Both the position numbers and the translations under genes were made by a program. Below are positions 49,575 through 58,577 of a DNA stretch of 64,000 nucleotides, piece after piece. This DNA comes from Trueperaceae bacterium (lineage in GTDB: Bacteria; Deinococcota; Deinococci; Deinococcales; Trueperaceae), in assembly GCA_965214405.1 (NCBI GenBank), contig OZ243956.1, positions 2,144,001-2,208,000 on the forward strand. Reading direction: 5' to 3'. The first letter of the stretch is position 1. Every line of letters begins with the position of its first letter. The notes under the pieces are model-generated. The model was not told the DNA's origin. It ran no database searches and saw only the letters and a program-made list of their open reading frames with translations.

Positions 49575-50066
49575 TTGATGAGATTGAGAAAGCAAACACA
49601 ACGAAGGATAAGAGGGTTTACCCTGATTGAGTTGCTCATCACGGTGAGCATTATGGGCATCGTGCTGAGTATTGGCGCGCTCAATCTCAAACCGGTCAAT
49701 AACGACGCGCAGGACGCGGCGAATCGGCTAAGCGGCCTTTTCAAGCAAACGCGGGCCAAGGCGATGGCGACCACTTCCGCTTACCGCATTTGGGCCGACC
49801 TTGGAAGCCAGCCGGTTCACCTCTACGCCCAAAGGGCGAAAAGTTGTAGCGCGCCCAACAACGAATGGGTTACCGATAAGAAGTTACAAACAGAGCTACC
49901 CGAGGGTGTTTCTTTAGGCGTTGACTACTCTAATTGGGATTGGCGACTGCCCTGCTTTAACAGCCGCGGGCTCTCGAGCAATTATATAACGCTCAACATC
50001 ACGGACGACCGTGAGCGCGTCCGGACAGTCGAACTACTCTTGGGCGGCGCGGTGAGGGTCAAGTGA
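49575..50066 (+). CDS. Type IV minor pilin (FimU/GspH-like)
   Basis: Prepilin motif G|FTLIELL followed by a hydrophobic helix; 'FNSRG'. Confidence 0.9.
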   Translation: MMRLRKQTQRRIRGFTLIELLITVSIMGIVLSIGALNLKPVNNDAQDAANRLSGLFKQTRAKAMATTSAYRIWADLGSQPVHLYAQRAKSCSAPNNEWVTDKKLQTELPEGVSLGVDYSNWDWRLPCFNSRGLSSNYITLNITDDRERVRTVELLLGGAVRVK

Positions 50067-50452
50067 AAAAACTTCAGGGTTTTGGCATCCTCGAGGCAGT
50101 TTTGGCGGTGGCGCTTCTCGGTATTACCTTAGCGGGCATCGTGCCGGTTTTTGTAAATTACGCGAACGCTAACAAAAACGCCGAGGTGAGAACGGGCGCG
50201 GTCACCGTCGCGGAGCGCCTTTTGGACGAGCTGCGCCAGCGTCCCTTTGGAACTTGGGAAGATTTTAGAGCGACCGTCGCAACTCATAAGATGGAAACGG
50301 GCTTGCGCGCCTACGACGCCGCTATCAAGTGGGACACGCCGGACTTGCCGCTCGGCAACGGCAGCACAATCAGGCACGTAAGGGTGGAGGTGAGGTTTAA
50401 TGGTCAGTCGTACTACGCAGTCGAAACAGTTTTCACGCAGTTTCAGAAATAA
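50063..50452 (+). CDS. Type IV minor pilin (PilV-like)
   Basis: G|FGILEAV prepilin motif; short globular domain. Confidence 0.88.
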   Translation: MKKLQGFGILEAVLAVALLGITLAGIVPVFVNYANANKNAEVRTGAVTVAERLLDELRQRPFGTWEDFRATVATHKMETGLRAYDAAIKWDTPDLPLGNGSTIRHVRVEVRFNGQSYYAVETVFTQFQK

Positions 50453-51362
50453 AGGCTTCACAATTTTAGAGCTTCTTATCGCCCTTGCGGTTGGCGGGCT
50501 TGTTCTCAGTATGGCCCTGGCTCTCACCCTCGCCAACCGCGACCTTATGTCAGCGGACGAGGCGCGCACCGCGCTCAACCAAAACCTGCGTAGCGGCGCG
50601 GACATTATTGGCGACGACATCCGCATCGCGGGCGAGCGTTTGCGCGGTTCACCGCCCACGCTCATGCCTATTGTCATCAGGAACAATACAATTACGCTGC
50701 GCAACAATGAAGAAGACACTGTGATGACGCTCTGCCAAGACCTACTTAGAGCCAGTGACACCAAAATCTATATCTCTCGAGAGGGTAGCGGTACATCAAC
50801 ACACTCAGGCTGCCAATCCAGTCCCGAAAAATTTCAAGTTTGGAAAGACCGCCGCACGGGTAAAGAAAACAGTAACCCCAGGGGTAGCGTACCCGTTTAC
50901 ATACACAAACCGAATACCAGTGGTAATCCCAACAACGATGACAGCCAAGGCGAATTCTTCCAATACAAGGATGATGGCAAAGATTCGAGCGGGTTCTTTA
51001 TCGTTAGGCCGTCGGGGGGATCGGGCAAAGAGTACACAGCGTCCACCAGCCCCTCAGCCAACCCGAAGTTCCAGCCTAAAATGTACTTTTTGGAAGAGCG
51101 AAACTACAGTCTCCAAAACGGTGATATAGAGCTTTTCATCAATGGTTCCAGAAAAGGCGTTGTAATTGATAATGTCTCCAAGTTTTCAATCGTGGCTGTT
51201 ATGAACGATGACACCAGGCAATCTACCTTGGATAAACCGAGCGACTGGCTCAAGCTTCGCGCGATAGAGATTACCCTCGAGGGTACCGTCACCGTCCGCG
51301 GAAAGCCTGTCACGCGCAAACTGGTTTCTCAAATTTTCCCAAGAAATGTGCTTTCCAAATAG
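50400..51362 (+). CDS. Type IV minor pilin (PilW-like)
   Basis: G|FTILELL, 'NLRSGADIIGDDIRIAG', C-terminal 'FPRN'. The only in-frame start is ATG 50400, with a GGAGGTGAGG RBS. Confidence 0.9.
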   Translation: MVSRTTQSKQFSRSFRNKGFTILELLIALAVGGLVLSMALALTLANRDLMSADEARTALNQNLRSGADIIGDDIRIAGERLRGSPPTLMPIVIRNNTITLRNNEEDTVMTLCQDLLRASDTKIYISREGSGTSTHSGCQSSPEKFQVWKDRRTGKENSNPRGSVPVYIHKPNTSGNPNNDDSQGEFFQYKDDGKDSSGFFIVRPSGGSGKEYTASTSPSANPKFQPKMYFLEERNYSLQNGDIELFINGSRKGVVIDNVSKFSIVAVMNDDTRQSTLDKPSDWLKLRAIEITLEGTVTVRGKPVTRKLVSQIFPRNVLSK

Positions 51363-51371
51363 GAGCGTCTG

Positions 51372-53372
51372 ATGAACAGAAACAGAAGTCAACAACATTA
51401 CCAGGGTCAACCTCAACAGGGTCAACCAGGCCAACAGGGCTTCGCGCTTATTACCGCTCTACTCATGGTGGTGGTGCTGGGCGCGATGGCGACCGCGTAC
51501 TTTTTTCTTACCCAAATTGAGGTGGCGACCACGGCGTCCTCGGCCAAAAGCACCACGGGCTTTTACGCCGCCGAAGCGGGGCTTAACCTGCGGGGCAACC
51601 TAATCGAGAAGAAGTTCAAAGGCTATAACCAGCCGGAGGGTAATAGCCCCGAAGAAGCCACATCCACTGCTTGCGCCGTTGCCACTCAGGATTTTAAGTG
51701 CGTGTCTTATCAGCTTGACGGTCGCACCGTCAATACCTACGCCATCAAAAAAAATAACGGCAACGCCACCATCATAGACTCGATTCCTGACGGTGACTAT
51801 GCCGGGCTGAGCGCCCAAGAGTACCGCTATGAGGTTGTTTCAGAGGCCAAGAACGCGCAGGGTGACACGGAAGCGCAGCTCAGCATGGTGTTTCGCAGCC
51901 GCTTGGTACCCATGTTCCAGTTTGCCGCCTTTTTTCAAGACGATCTGGAGGTCGGTCCGGGGCCGGAAATGAATTTGAGCGGTCGCTTACACAGCAACAA
52001 AGATATCTACTTTGCGCCGCAGGAAAAACTAAAGGTTGACGGTAACGTTACCGCCGGTAACAAGATATATAACGGTCGCGCGAACGGTGACAGAGAACAA
52101 AAGGACAATTCTTGTATAGGCGAAATCAATATCAAAAAGGCTGACGGAACGAACTACAAAAATCTTGACCAGGCTCAACAGTCGTGCAAACCTCTGGGGT
52201 TTACGGACGCTCAACTAGCCGAGTGGGGCGGGACGGTGCAGCAAAGCGTCGGCAGCATCACCATTCCCGATCCAGGCGTGCTCGACCCGGACACCAGCTC
52301 CGACCCCGAAAAGGGCACCTACTGGAAAAAGGCCGACCTGCGCGTCGTGCTCAAGCTAGACGCCGACGGCAAAGAAAAGGGCATCGAGATTCAGGACATG
52401 GAAGGGAATAAAAACGCTGTACAGACCGCGCTCTTCGAGGGCTGCAACGGCGTTCTTGGGGGTAAGGAAAACGGTAATAACAAGGGTAAGGTTTTAGACA
52501 CCTCGGACACGTTTTACAACAACCGTGAAAAGAAAAACATCAAGATGCTCGAGGTGGACATGGGGGGGCTGCTCGAGTGCTTTGATCAGGGAAAAACCAA
52601 GGGTCTACCCTCTCTAAACGACAGCACCGACGGCGGCTTGGTTTTTCACTTTAGCGTTGACGGTCCCCAAAAGGGCGGCGTGAATAACTACGGCGTGCGT
52701 ATCAGAAACGGCAAAGAACTGGCCGTCAAAGACGCCCCTCCCGTCAAAGGCTTGACGGTTGTGACCAACCAGGCCCTCTACGTTCAGGGTGACTACAACA
52801 GCAAAAACAAAAAGCCCGCCTCATTTTTGTCCGACTCGATCAACGTGCTTTCCAGCAGTTGGTGCGACGTCGAAGACGGTGAGGGCAACTGCAACTCCAA
52901 AGTCACCTCCAAAGACGAGGTAAAGAAGAATGAAAAGAAGTGTGAGGACGCCAAAAAGAACAACAAAAAAGACAAAGACTGCCTCAGAGATGCAGACAGC
53001 AAAGGTAAATATGGCCGCGTAGTCGATGACCGCAAGGCGAGCGACACCGAAATCAACGCCGCCATGCTCGCTGGGGTTGACAAAACCGGAGCGCCCGGTA
53101 AAGAAGGTAACGGCGGCCTGCATAACTTCCCGCGGATGCACGAACATTGGAGGGGTAAAACGCTCAAAATCCGCGGCTCTTTCGTGAGTTTGGGCTCGCC
53201 CAAACACGTGAACGGCAAATGGTCTACGACGGACCAGTACGCCCCGCCCAACCGTAACTGGGACTACGACACCGACTTTAATGATGCCGGAAAGCTGCCC
53301 CCCCTGAGCCCGCGCTTCGTGTACCTGGTGCAAGAACTCTTCTTGCGAGACTTTAGAGACGGTTCCAACTAA
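51372..53372 (+). CDS. PilX-like minor pilin/adhesin with a large C-terminal domain
   Basis: G|FALITALL (no Glu5, as in PilX), 'FYAAEAGL', and a Cys/Lys-rich extracellular domain. Confidence 0.85.
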   Translation: MNRNRSQQHYQGQPQQGQPGQQGFALITALLMVVVLGAMATAYFFLTQIEVATTASSAKSTTGFYAAEAGLNLRGNLIEKKFKGYNQPEGNSPEEATSTACAVATQDFKCVSYQLDGRTVNTYAIKKNNGNATIIDSIPDGDYAGLSAQEYRYEVVSEAKNAQGDTEAQLSMVFRSRLVPMFQFAAFFQDDLEVGPGPEMNLSGRLHSNKDIYFAPQEKLKVDGNVTAGNKIYNGRANGDREQKDNSCIGEINIKKADGTNYKNLDQAQQSCKPLGFTDAQLAEWGGTVQQSVGSITIPDPGVLDPDTSSDPEKGTYWKKADLRVVLKLDADGKEKGIEIQDMEGNKNAVQTALFEGCNGVLGGKENGNNKGKVLDTSDTFYNNREKKNIKMLEVDMGGLLECFDQGKTKGLPSLNDSTDGGLVFHFSVDGPQKGGVNNYGVRIRNGKELAVKDAPPVKGLTVVTNQALYVQGDYNSKNKKPASFLSDSINVLSSSWCDVEDGEGNCNSKVTSKDEVKKNEKKCEDAKKNNKKDKDCLRDADSKGKYGRVVDDRKASDTEINAAMLAGVDKTGAPGKEGNGGLHNFPRMHEHWRGKTLKIRGSFVSLGSPKHVNGKWSTTDQYAPPNRNWDYDTDFNDAGKLPPLSPRFVYLVQELFLRDFRDGSN

Positions 53373-53400
53373 CCCTGCTTATACGACTAAGCCTTCTTTT

Positions 53401-53426
53401 CGTGAGTCCGGTACGCCGGACTCACG
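53401..53426. terminator. Hairpin between convergent operons (probable bidirectional terminator)
   Basis: CGTGAGTCCGG-TACG-CCGGACTCACG, a perfect 11-bp stem. Confidence 0.8.
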
Positions 53427-53436
53427 CTTTATAGGC

Positions 53437-54423
53437 TTAGCGGCCCTCTAGCTCCGCCCCCACAGGCCGCGCACTACCCCGCCGCAAATACGCCATCACC
53501 TGCCACGCCACCGCAGGAAACGAGAGCAGCGACAAGAGCCAGTAGGCGAAAAGCGTGTAGCCAATCCCTACCAGCGTCGCCTGCGCTTGCGACATTTGCG
53601 AACCCAAGAGCGCCACAAACGCGGCGTCGCGCGTGCCGATACCGCTGACGGTCACGGGCACGAGGCCCGCGAGGATGGCGAGCGGAAAGATGGCGTAGGC
53701 GAAGCCCAGCCCCAGACCCGTGCCGAACGCTTGCGCGAGGGCAAATACGGTCAAGCCACCCAACGACCAGGTCAGGATAGACCCTGTGAGCGTTTGCGCG
53801 ACGGCGGCGGGCATCTTGACCCAGGCACGAAACACGTCGCGCAGGCTCACGAGAATCCGGGTAATTTTTTTGGGCAGGGGCAGCTTGTGAAGGGGAAAAA
53901 ATAGGACGACCACAAAAACGACCAGTACCCCGCCCAAAAGCGCGCCCCCGGCGACGAGACCCCAGAGCGTGCCGTTGACCAGGAGGCCCAAAAGTCCGAG
54001 CGCGCCCAAAACGCCCAAGTCTACGAGGCGCTCTAAAATCACCGTCCCCGTTCCCTTGGCGAGACCGCCGTGCTTGCGCAAATAGGTCGCCTTGGCGATG
54101 TCGCCCGTTTTGGAAGGCAAGAAGCTGTTGAGCACGTTCGCCATCATCACCGCGCGCAGGGCTATTCCGAAGGGCAGCCGGATATGCTGCGCTTTTAGAA
54201 CGCCCAGCCAGCGGAACACGCTTGTGAAAGGCAGCGCGAGGGTCAAGAGGGTTGCCAGAACGAGCCAGCCCCAGTTGGCTTGGGCCAAGAGCTCGAGCGT
54301 ATGTTCCATATCAATCCGCGAGAGCAGCCAGTAGATAAGCCCCGCCGAGACGAGCACGCTCAGTACGCCCAGCGCAGCGCGTTTCGGATTACCCACCGGC
54401 CTGACCCCCACGGGTTGGATCAT
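53437..54423 (-). CDS. Lysylphosphatidylglycerol-synthase-TM / putative flippase family membrane protein
   Basis: 'RW..VL', 'NSFLPSKTGDIAK', 'ERLVDL', 'PVTVSGIGTRDAA'. Start ATG 54423 (ORF track gives 54471). Confidence 0.85.
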   Translation of the reverse strand: MIQPVGVRPVGNPKRAALGVLSVLVSAGLIYWLLSRIDMEHTLELLAQANWGWLVLATLLTLALPFTSVFRWLGVLKAQHIRLPFGIALRAVMMANVLNSFLPSKTGDIAKATYLRKHGGLAKGTGTVILERLVDLGVLGALGLLGLLVNGTLWGLVAGGALLGGVLVVFVVVLFFPLHKLPLPKKITRILVSLRDVFRAWVKMPAAVAQTLTGSILTWSLGGLTVFALAQAFGTGLGLGFAYAIFPLAILAGLVPVTVSGIGTRDAAFVALLGSQMSQAQATLVGIGYTLFAYWLLSLLSFPAVAWQVMAYLRRGSARPVGAELEGR

Positions 54424-55132
54424 GAAGCCCGTTAATGTAGCGGGCAAAAAACACGCCGATGCCAGCGGCAAAGGCGAGAGATAGAGCGGCGTTCATTTCT
54501 AAAACCTCCTCCAGTAACACCCATTTACGGGGAACATACCCCCGGCTGTCGACAAAAAGAGCGACCACGGCCAAACCTGCGGCCAACGCGACGTAGAGCC
54601 AAACCGAGCGCGGTTCCGACACCGCCTGGCTGATAGCAGGTAGTCTGCGGCGCAAGAGCAAAGCCGCCACACCCGTTACCAAGAGAGCGCTGAATAAAAA
54701 TCCGGCGTACCAGGGTACGCCCAGTGCTTCAAATCCTTTGACCACGATGCGACCGGAGTCGTGGAGCGCGTCGAACGTCATGCCGCTGGGCAGCGTCGGG
54801 AAAACGAGGCCGGGGAAAAGCCTCTGGCCGTAGCTTATTTCCTCCAGAACCCCGAGGGTACAAAGTGCGATCAAGACCTTTATTCCCCTGAAGCGGTGCG
54901 AACGGCTAGCGAGGGCAAATACCGATATGGCGACGCCCAACAAGTAAAAAGCGATGCTGAGGTTTTCTATCACACCGTCCTCGATGACGAGCTGGGGCCT
55001 AAGCTCGGGAAAAAACGCGTAAGCCGCTCCGCAGAGGCCGAAACTGAGCATGAGAAGCGCCATGTAGAGCGCGAGCGGTCCCCAACTTAGGTACAATACC
55101 GGTTCACGTTGAGTGGGGCGTGTTGAGTTCAA
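54389..55132 (-). CDS. Membrane protein of unknown function
   Basis: 6 hydrophobic segments with conserved-looking 'EDGVIENLS', 'EEISYGQR' and 'EEVLEM' motifs. Confidence 0.75.
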   Translation of the reverse strand: MNSTRPTQREPVLYLSWGPLALYMALLMLSFGLCGAAYAFFPELRPQLVIEDGVIENLSIAFYLLGVAISVFALASRSHRFRGIKVLIALCTLGVLEEISYGQRLFPGLVFPTLPSGMTFDALHDSGRIVVKGFEALGVPWYAGFLFSALLVTGVAALLLRRRLPAISQAVSEPRSVWLYVALAAGLAVVALFVDSRGYVPRKWVLLEEVLEMNAALSLAFAAGIGVFFARYINGLHDPTRGGQAGG

Positions 55133-55204
55133 AGCAAAACCTCGTTTCTTGTTTCATGACGTTGCCCTGACCCAACACGCGTAAGCTCTCCAAAAGGTTA
55201 CATA

Positions 55205-57115
55205 TTAAGAAGCCTCACTCTGAGACGCCACATCTCGAGAGGCCGCATAGGTAGGAGCCACAGAAGTGCTCTTGCGGGCGGTGTTCTCACTGGTTTCGCC
55301 GGGTTTTCTGTCCGTGTTTTCGCCGATCTTCCCGTTGAGGTGAACCGCCCGCTCGAGCACAAACTGCCGGGTCTCATTGAGTGTAGCGATTTGCTCACAC
55401 GTGAGCGTGACACCCGACACACCCAATTCTTGGCTCTGAAAATAGCGCGACTGCGGCACGTAACGCACGAAAAACTCGTCACCAATCGCCAACGCGTCAA
55501 CCTTGGTATCGCCCTCTAAGCGCACCTCATCTTCAACGGTAACGATATCTCCCTCAAAATTCACGCGCCTGCGGAAGGTGAGCGGCGCGGGGCGCTGACC
55601 CAACATCAGGGTTTTGCGAATTTGCCCCTTGAGCAGGTGCGAGAGCCGGGGCGACCAGCCTGTGAGCAGGAGCACGCCGCGAAAGGCTAAATTTTTGGTG
55701 AGGTTAAAAACTTTGTGCGAGGGCACCCATTGGCAGTTGCCGGAGACCTCGAGCCCCCCCTCATCCTGCGTTACCCTAAAGCTCGGGTCAATCCACTGGC
55801 TCGTGAACGTTTTACCACCCGCTTCGCCGATAAGCCCGCAGTCGTTAAAGATGAGTTCACCGTCCTGCGCCTTGTCAAACACCTTGAGCACGCCTCCCTT
55901 GGCGAGGTTGGCGATGGCGTAGTAGGCGGGTTCGTTCTTGACGTAAACCCTGGCACCAGGAAAAAACTCGGTGTAAGGCTCCCGCTGAAACGGAAGCTTG
56001 GGCAGCGGGTCGGGGCGCGGTGTGTAGTCCAGGTAAGCGAGCAAAAATTCGGGCACCCGGTAAACGAGGTAACGGTCCGAGATAATCTCGGGCGGCACGA
56101 GTTTATCGTCGGCGAGGCCCTCGAGGAGGTGCTCGGCGATCGCGCCCGCTAAAGGCACCTCGTCGGCCATGACTTCAAAACCGTGACAGTAGAAGTGAAG
56201 CGTGTTGCGGCTGCCCATGCTCCCGGCATAAAAGCCGTTGGGATAGGCGAAGGGGGCGCACATCTCGATAGACGCGCGAATCACTTTTAAGATTCTCGGG
56301 TCGGGGTTGGTCTGGTAGATTTTGGCGAAAAAAGACACCGTCGCCGACAGGTAACCGGGGTCGATGCCGTCGTACTCGACCGACCAACCCTCGTCGGTTT
56401 GGTAGGTCAGAAAGTCGCGGAACACCTTTTCAAAACCCTCTTTAAGCGCCGCGTCCCCCAACAGCTCGTAAGACTTCCACACCGCCAAACAGGCCATCGC
56501 GTGGTGGTTCGCTAAGTGATCCTCTTCGGACTCGCCCGCCGCGATAAAGTGCGCCGCCTTGCGCACCGCCTCGGTGACCCGCGTTCGCACGCCTTCCGGC
56601 ACCTCGTCGCCGAGCAAATTGAGCGCTTCGATGATGGTGTAGCTCGTAAAGGCGGTGGGACCCACCCAGCCGCGCTCGTAGGGGTAGAACTCGTCAAACG
56701 AGCCGTCGCTGTGCTGGATGGACGCCCAAAAATCGAGCGCCGCCACCGTCCAGTCGCGCACTTTCGGGGATTGGTAGTAGATGTTGCCCGGCATCTCATA
56801 GGTGTACACGAGCGCGAGCGCGTGGACCGCGAACTGACGCACCGCGTCGGGAAAGTCCGACGTTTTGTCCAACCAGTAGTCGCGGTGTAAACAGCCGTAG
56901 GTCGGCGAGGAGGGGGTGCGGTCTTGGTTGCTGAGGATTCTGGGAACCTGGCTCAGCGCCTTTTGCGCGTATACGTCTCTTAGATTTTTAGCGTCTTCAC
57001 CCGCTTTCCCACGCGCTTTGAACGCATTTTGGGAATCTTTCGAACCATTTTTGGGGCTGTTTTTCACGCCTGTGTCTTTGACTGCTGCGTCTTTTACTGC
57101 TGCATCTGTCTTCAT
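55205..57115 (-). CDS. Uncharacterised protein, probably an alpha/alpha-toroid plus beta-sandwich (heparinase/lyase-like) fold
   Basis: 'Q..DGSFDEFYP', 'NHHA', 'Q..EGW..EYDG.DPGY' repeats in a helical N-half, beta-rich C-half; lies in the glycosyltransferase operon. Confidence 0.7.
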   Translation of the reverse strand: MKTDAAVKDAAVKDTGVKNSPKNGSKDSQNAFKARGKAGEDAKNLRDVYAQKALSQVPRILSNQDRTPSSPTYGCLHRDYWLDKTSDFPDAVRQFAVHALALVYTYEMPGNIYYQSPKVRDWTVAALDFWASIQHSDGSFDEFYPYERGWVGPTAFTSYTIIEALNLLGDEVPEGVRTRVTEAVRKAAHFIAAGESEEDHLANHHAMACLAVWKSYELLGDAALKEGFEKVFRDFLTYQTDEGWSVEYDGIDPGYLSATVSFFAKIYQTNPDPRILKVIRASIEMCAPFAYPNGFYAGSMGSRNTLHFYCHGFEVMADEVPLAGAIAEHLLEGLADDKLVPPEIISDRYLVYRVPEFLLAYLDYTPRPDPLPKLPFQREPYTEFFPGARVYVKNEPAYYAIANLAKGGVLKVFDKAQDGELIFNDCGLIGEAGGKTFTSQWIDPSFRVTQDEGGLEVSGNCQWVPSHKVFNLTKNLAFRGVLLLTGWSPRLSHLLKGQIRKTLMLGQRPAPLTFRRRVNFEGDIVTVEDEVRLEGDTKVDALAIGDEFFVRYVPQSRYFQSQELGVSGVTLTCEQIATLNETRQFVLERAVHLNGKIGENTDRKPGETSENTARKSTSVAPTYAASRDVASQSEAS

Positions 57116-58032
57116 TCGGGCTCCCTGTATCTGGCTTGAGTCTTGTCGATAAGGTCGGCCAACATCCCTGTGGTAAGCACCTGAATCGCCGAAACAAACA
57201 GGATGATGCTCAGCACGAGCAGCCCTTCGCCGCTGATAAGCCGGTATACGAGCATAATCAGGGCGAGCAAAAAGAGCGTCAGGCTGATGGGGATAAAGAC
57301 GCGCAAGGGGTTGAAATACATCACGGTGCGCACCACAAGTTGCGTAAAGCGGATGGTGTCTTTGATGGGGTTGATTTTTGACGAGCCCGCGCGGTGGAAG
57401 TAGTCAATCGGCACGTACTTGACCCGGTAGCCGTCCGAGAGCATGGCGAGCGTGATGGTGGTGGTAAACGAGAAGCTGTCGGGCAAGATGTGCATAAACT
57501 TTTCGACGACCTTTTTACGCATCACCCGCATTCCTGAGTTGAGGTCGGGGATTTTGGTTTGGGACAGACTGTTGGCGAGCTCGTTAAGCGCGCGTTTGGC
57601 GGGTTTTCTGATGGCGGGGATGTTGACGTTTTGCCCCGTGCGCGCGCCGACCAACATGTCGTTGTCGCCTAAGAGGTCGATAAGTTCGGGTAGCCGTTCG
57701 TTGGGGTAGGTGCCATCGGCGTCGGTAATCGCCATAAGGTCGTAGCGGGCGTTTTTGAGCCCCGTTTTGAGCGCCGCGCCGTAGCCGCGGTTGACCGCGT
57801 GCGCCACCTTTTTAACGTTGGGTAGGGAGATAGTTTGGATGATGTCGCTCGAGCCGTCCGTTGAGCCGTCATCGACCAAAATGATCTCAAAGGTGTGTTC
57901 TGAACGTTCCATCGTGGCGCAAAGGTCGCGCACGGTCTCCTCGACGGCACCTCTCTCGTTGTAAACCGGAATGACAATAGAGATTTCACTGCCCACACGC
58001 GCCTCCAACCTTTTACGCTTAGTGACAATCAA
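57112..58032 (-). CDS. GT2 polyprenol-phosphate glycosyltransferase (DPM/ArnC-like)
   Basis: 'SIVIPVYNE', 'VDDGSTD', 'NRGYGAA', 'TDADGTY', 'R.GSSK' and two C-terminal TMs. Confidence 0.93.
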   Translation of the reverse strand: MIVTKRKRLEARVGSEISIVIPVYNERGAVEETVRDLCATMERSEHTFEIILVDDGSTDGSSDIIQTISLPNVKKVAHAVNRGYGAALKTGLKNARYDLMAITDADGTYPNERLPELIDLLGDNDMLVGARTGQNVNIPAIRKPAKRALNELANSLSQTKIPDLNSGMRVMRKKVVEKFMHILPDSFSFTTTITLAMLSDGYRVKYVPIDYFHRAGSSKINPIKDTIRFTQLVVRTVMYFNPLRVFIPISLTLFLLALIMLVYRLISGEGLLVLSIILFVSAIQVLTTGMLADLIDKTQARYREPE

Positions 58033-58577
58033 CCAGTGTTTACGGGCGCCAGCCCCCGCTACACTTTAACGCCCGCGCGAGTTCGCGTAGCGACGGGCAG
58101 AATAACCGCTGGCGAGTATACCGTGTGCAGAAGCTCACAGCGTCAGGTTTGTCACTTGTATAGCCCCAGGCGGGAAGCGGTCTCGGCCCTCGAGCGTGAG
58201 CCCAGAGTGAACATAACAAGCCTCTACATGAATGGTTTGAGGAGAAAGCTCGTGCGGGCGAACCCCCACATCCCACCTTGGCCCTGCAAGCCAACCTGTG
58301 TCATTCGCATGAGTAGAAGATGTGACGAACGAGTGACAGCGATCCTCTTCACATGCTAACCTTAACTCACCTCGAGGGGGACACGCCGCAGGTGGGGAGT
58401 GCTCGAGAGAACGGCAGCCTTATCTCGTAAGGCCTGCGACCAATCGCTCATTCTGACGTTCTGAAGCTGTAAGGAGCCTTGTGACCCTTGCTGCTCACGC
58501 AGGTGCGTTGGCGTATTTCCCCCTCAAAACTAAACCCGCTGTAGAGTCTTGCTGTAGAGTAAGGATGGTATCCAAAG

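Noticed and set aside
58046..58120. Nested hairpins upstream of the GT2 operon as a riboswitch
   Set aside because: The stems are short and GC-rich, compatible with chance, and match no aptamer consensus I know.
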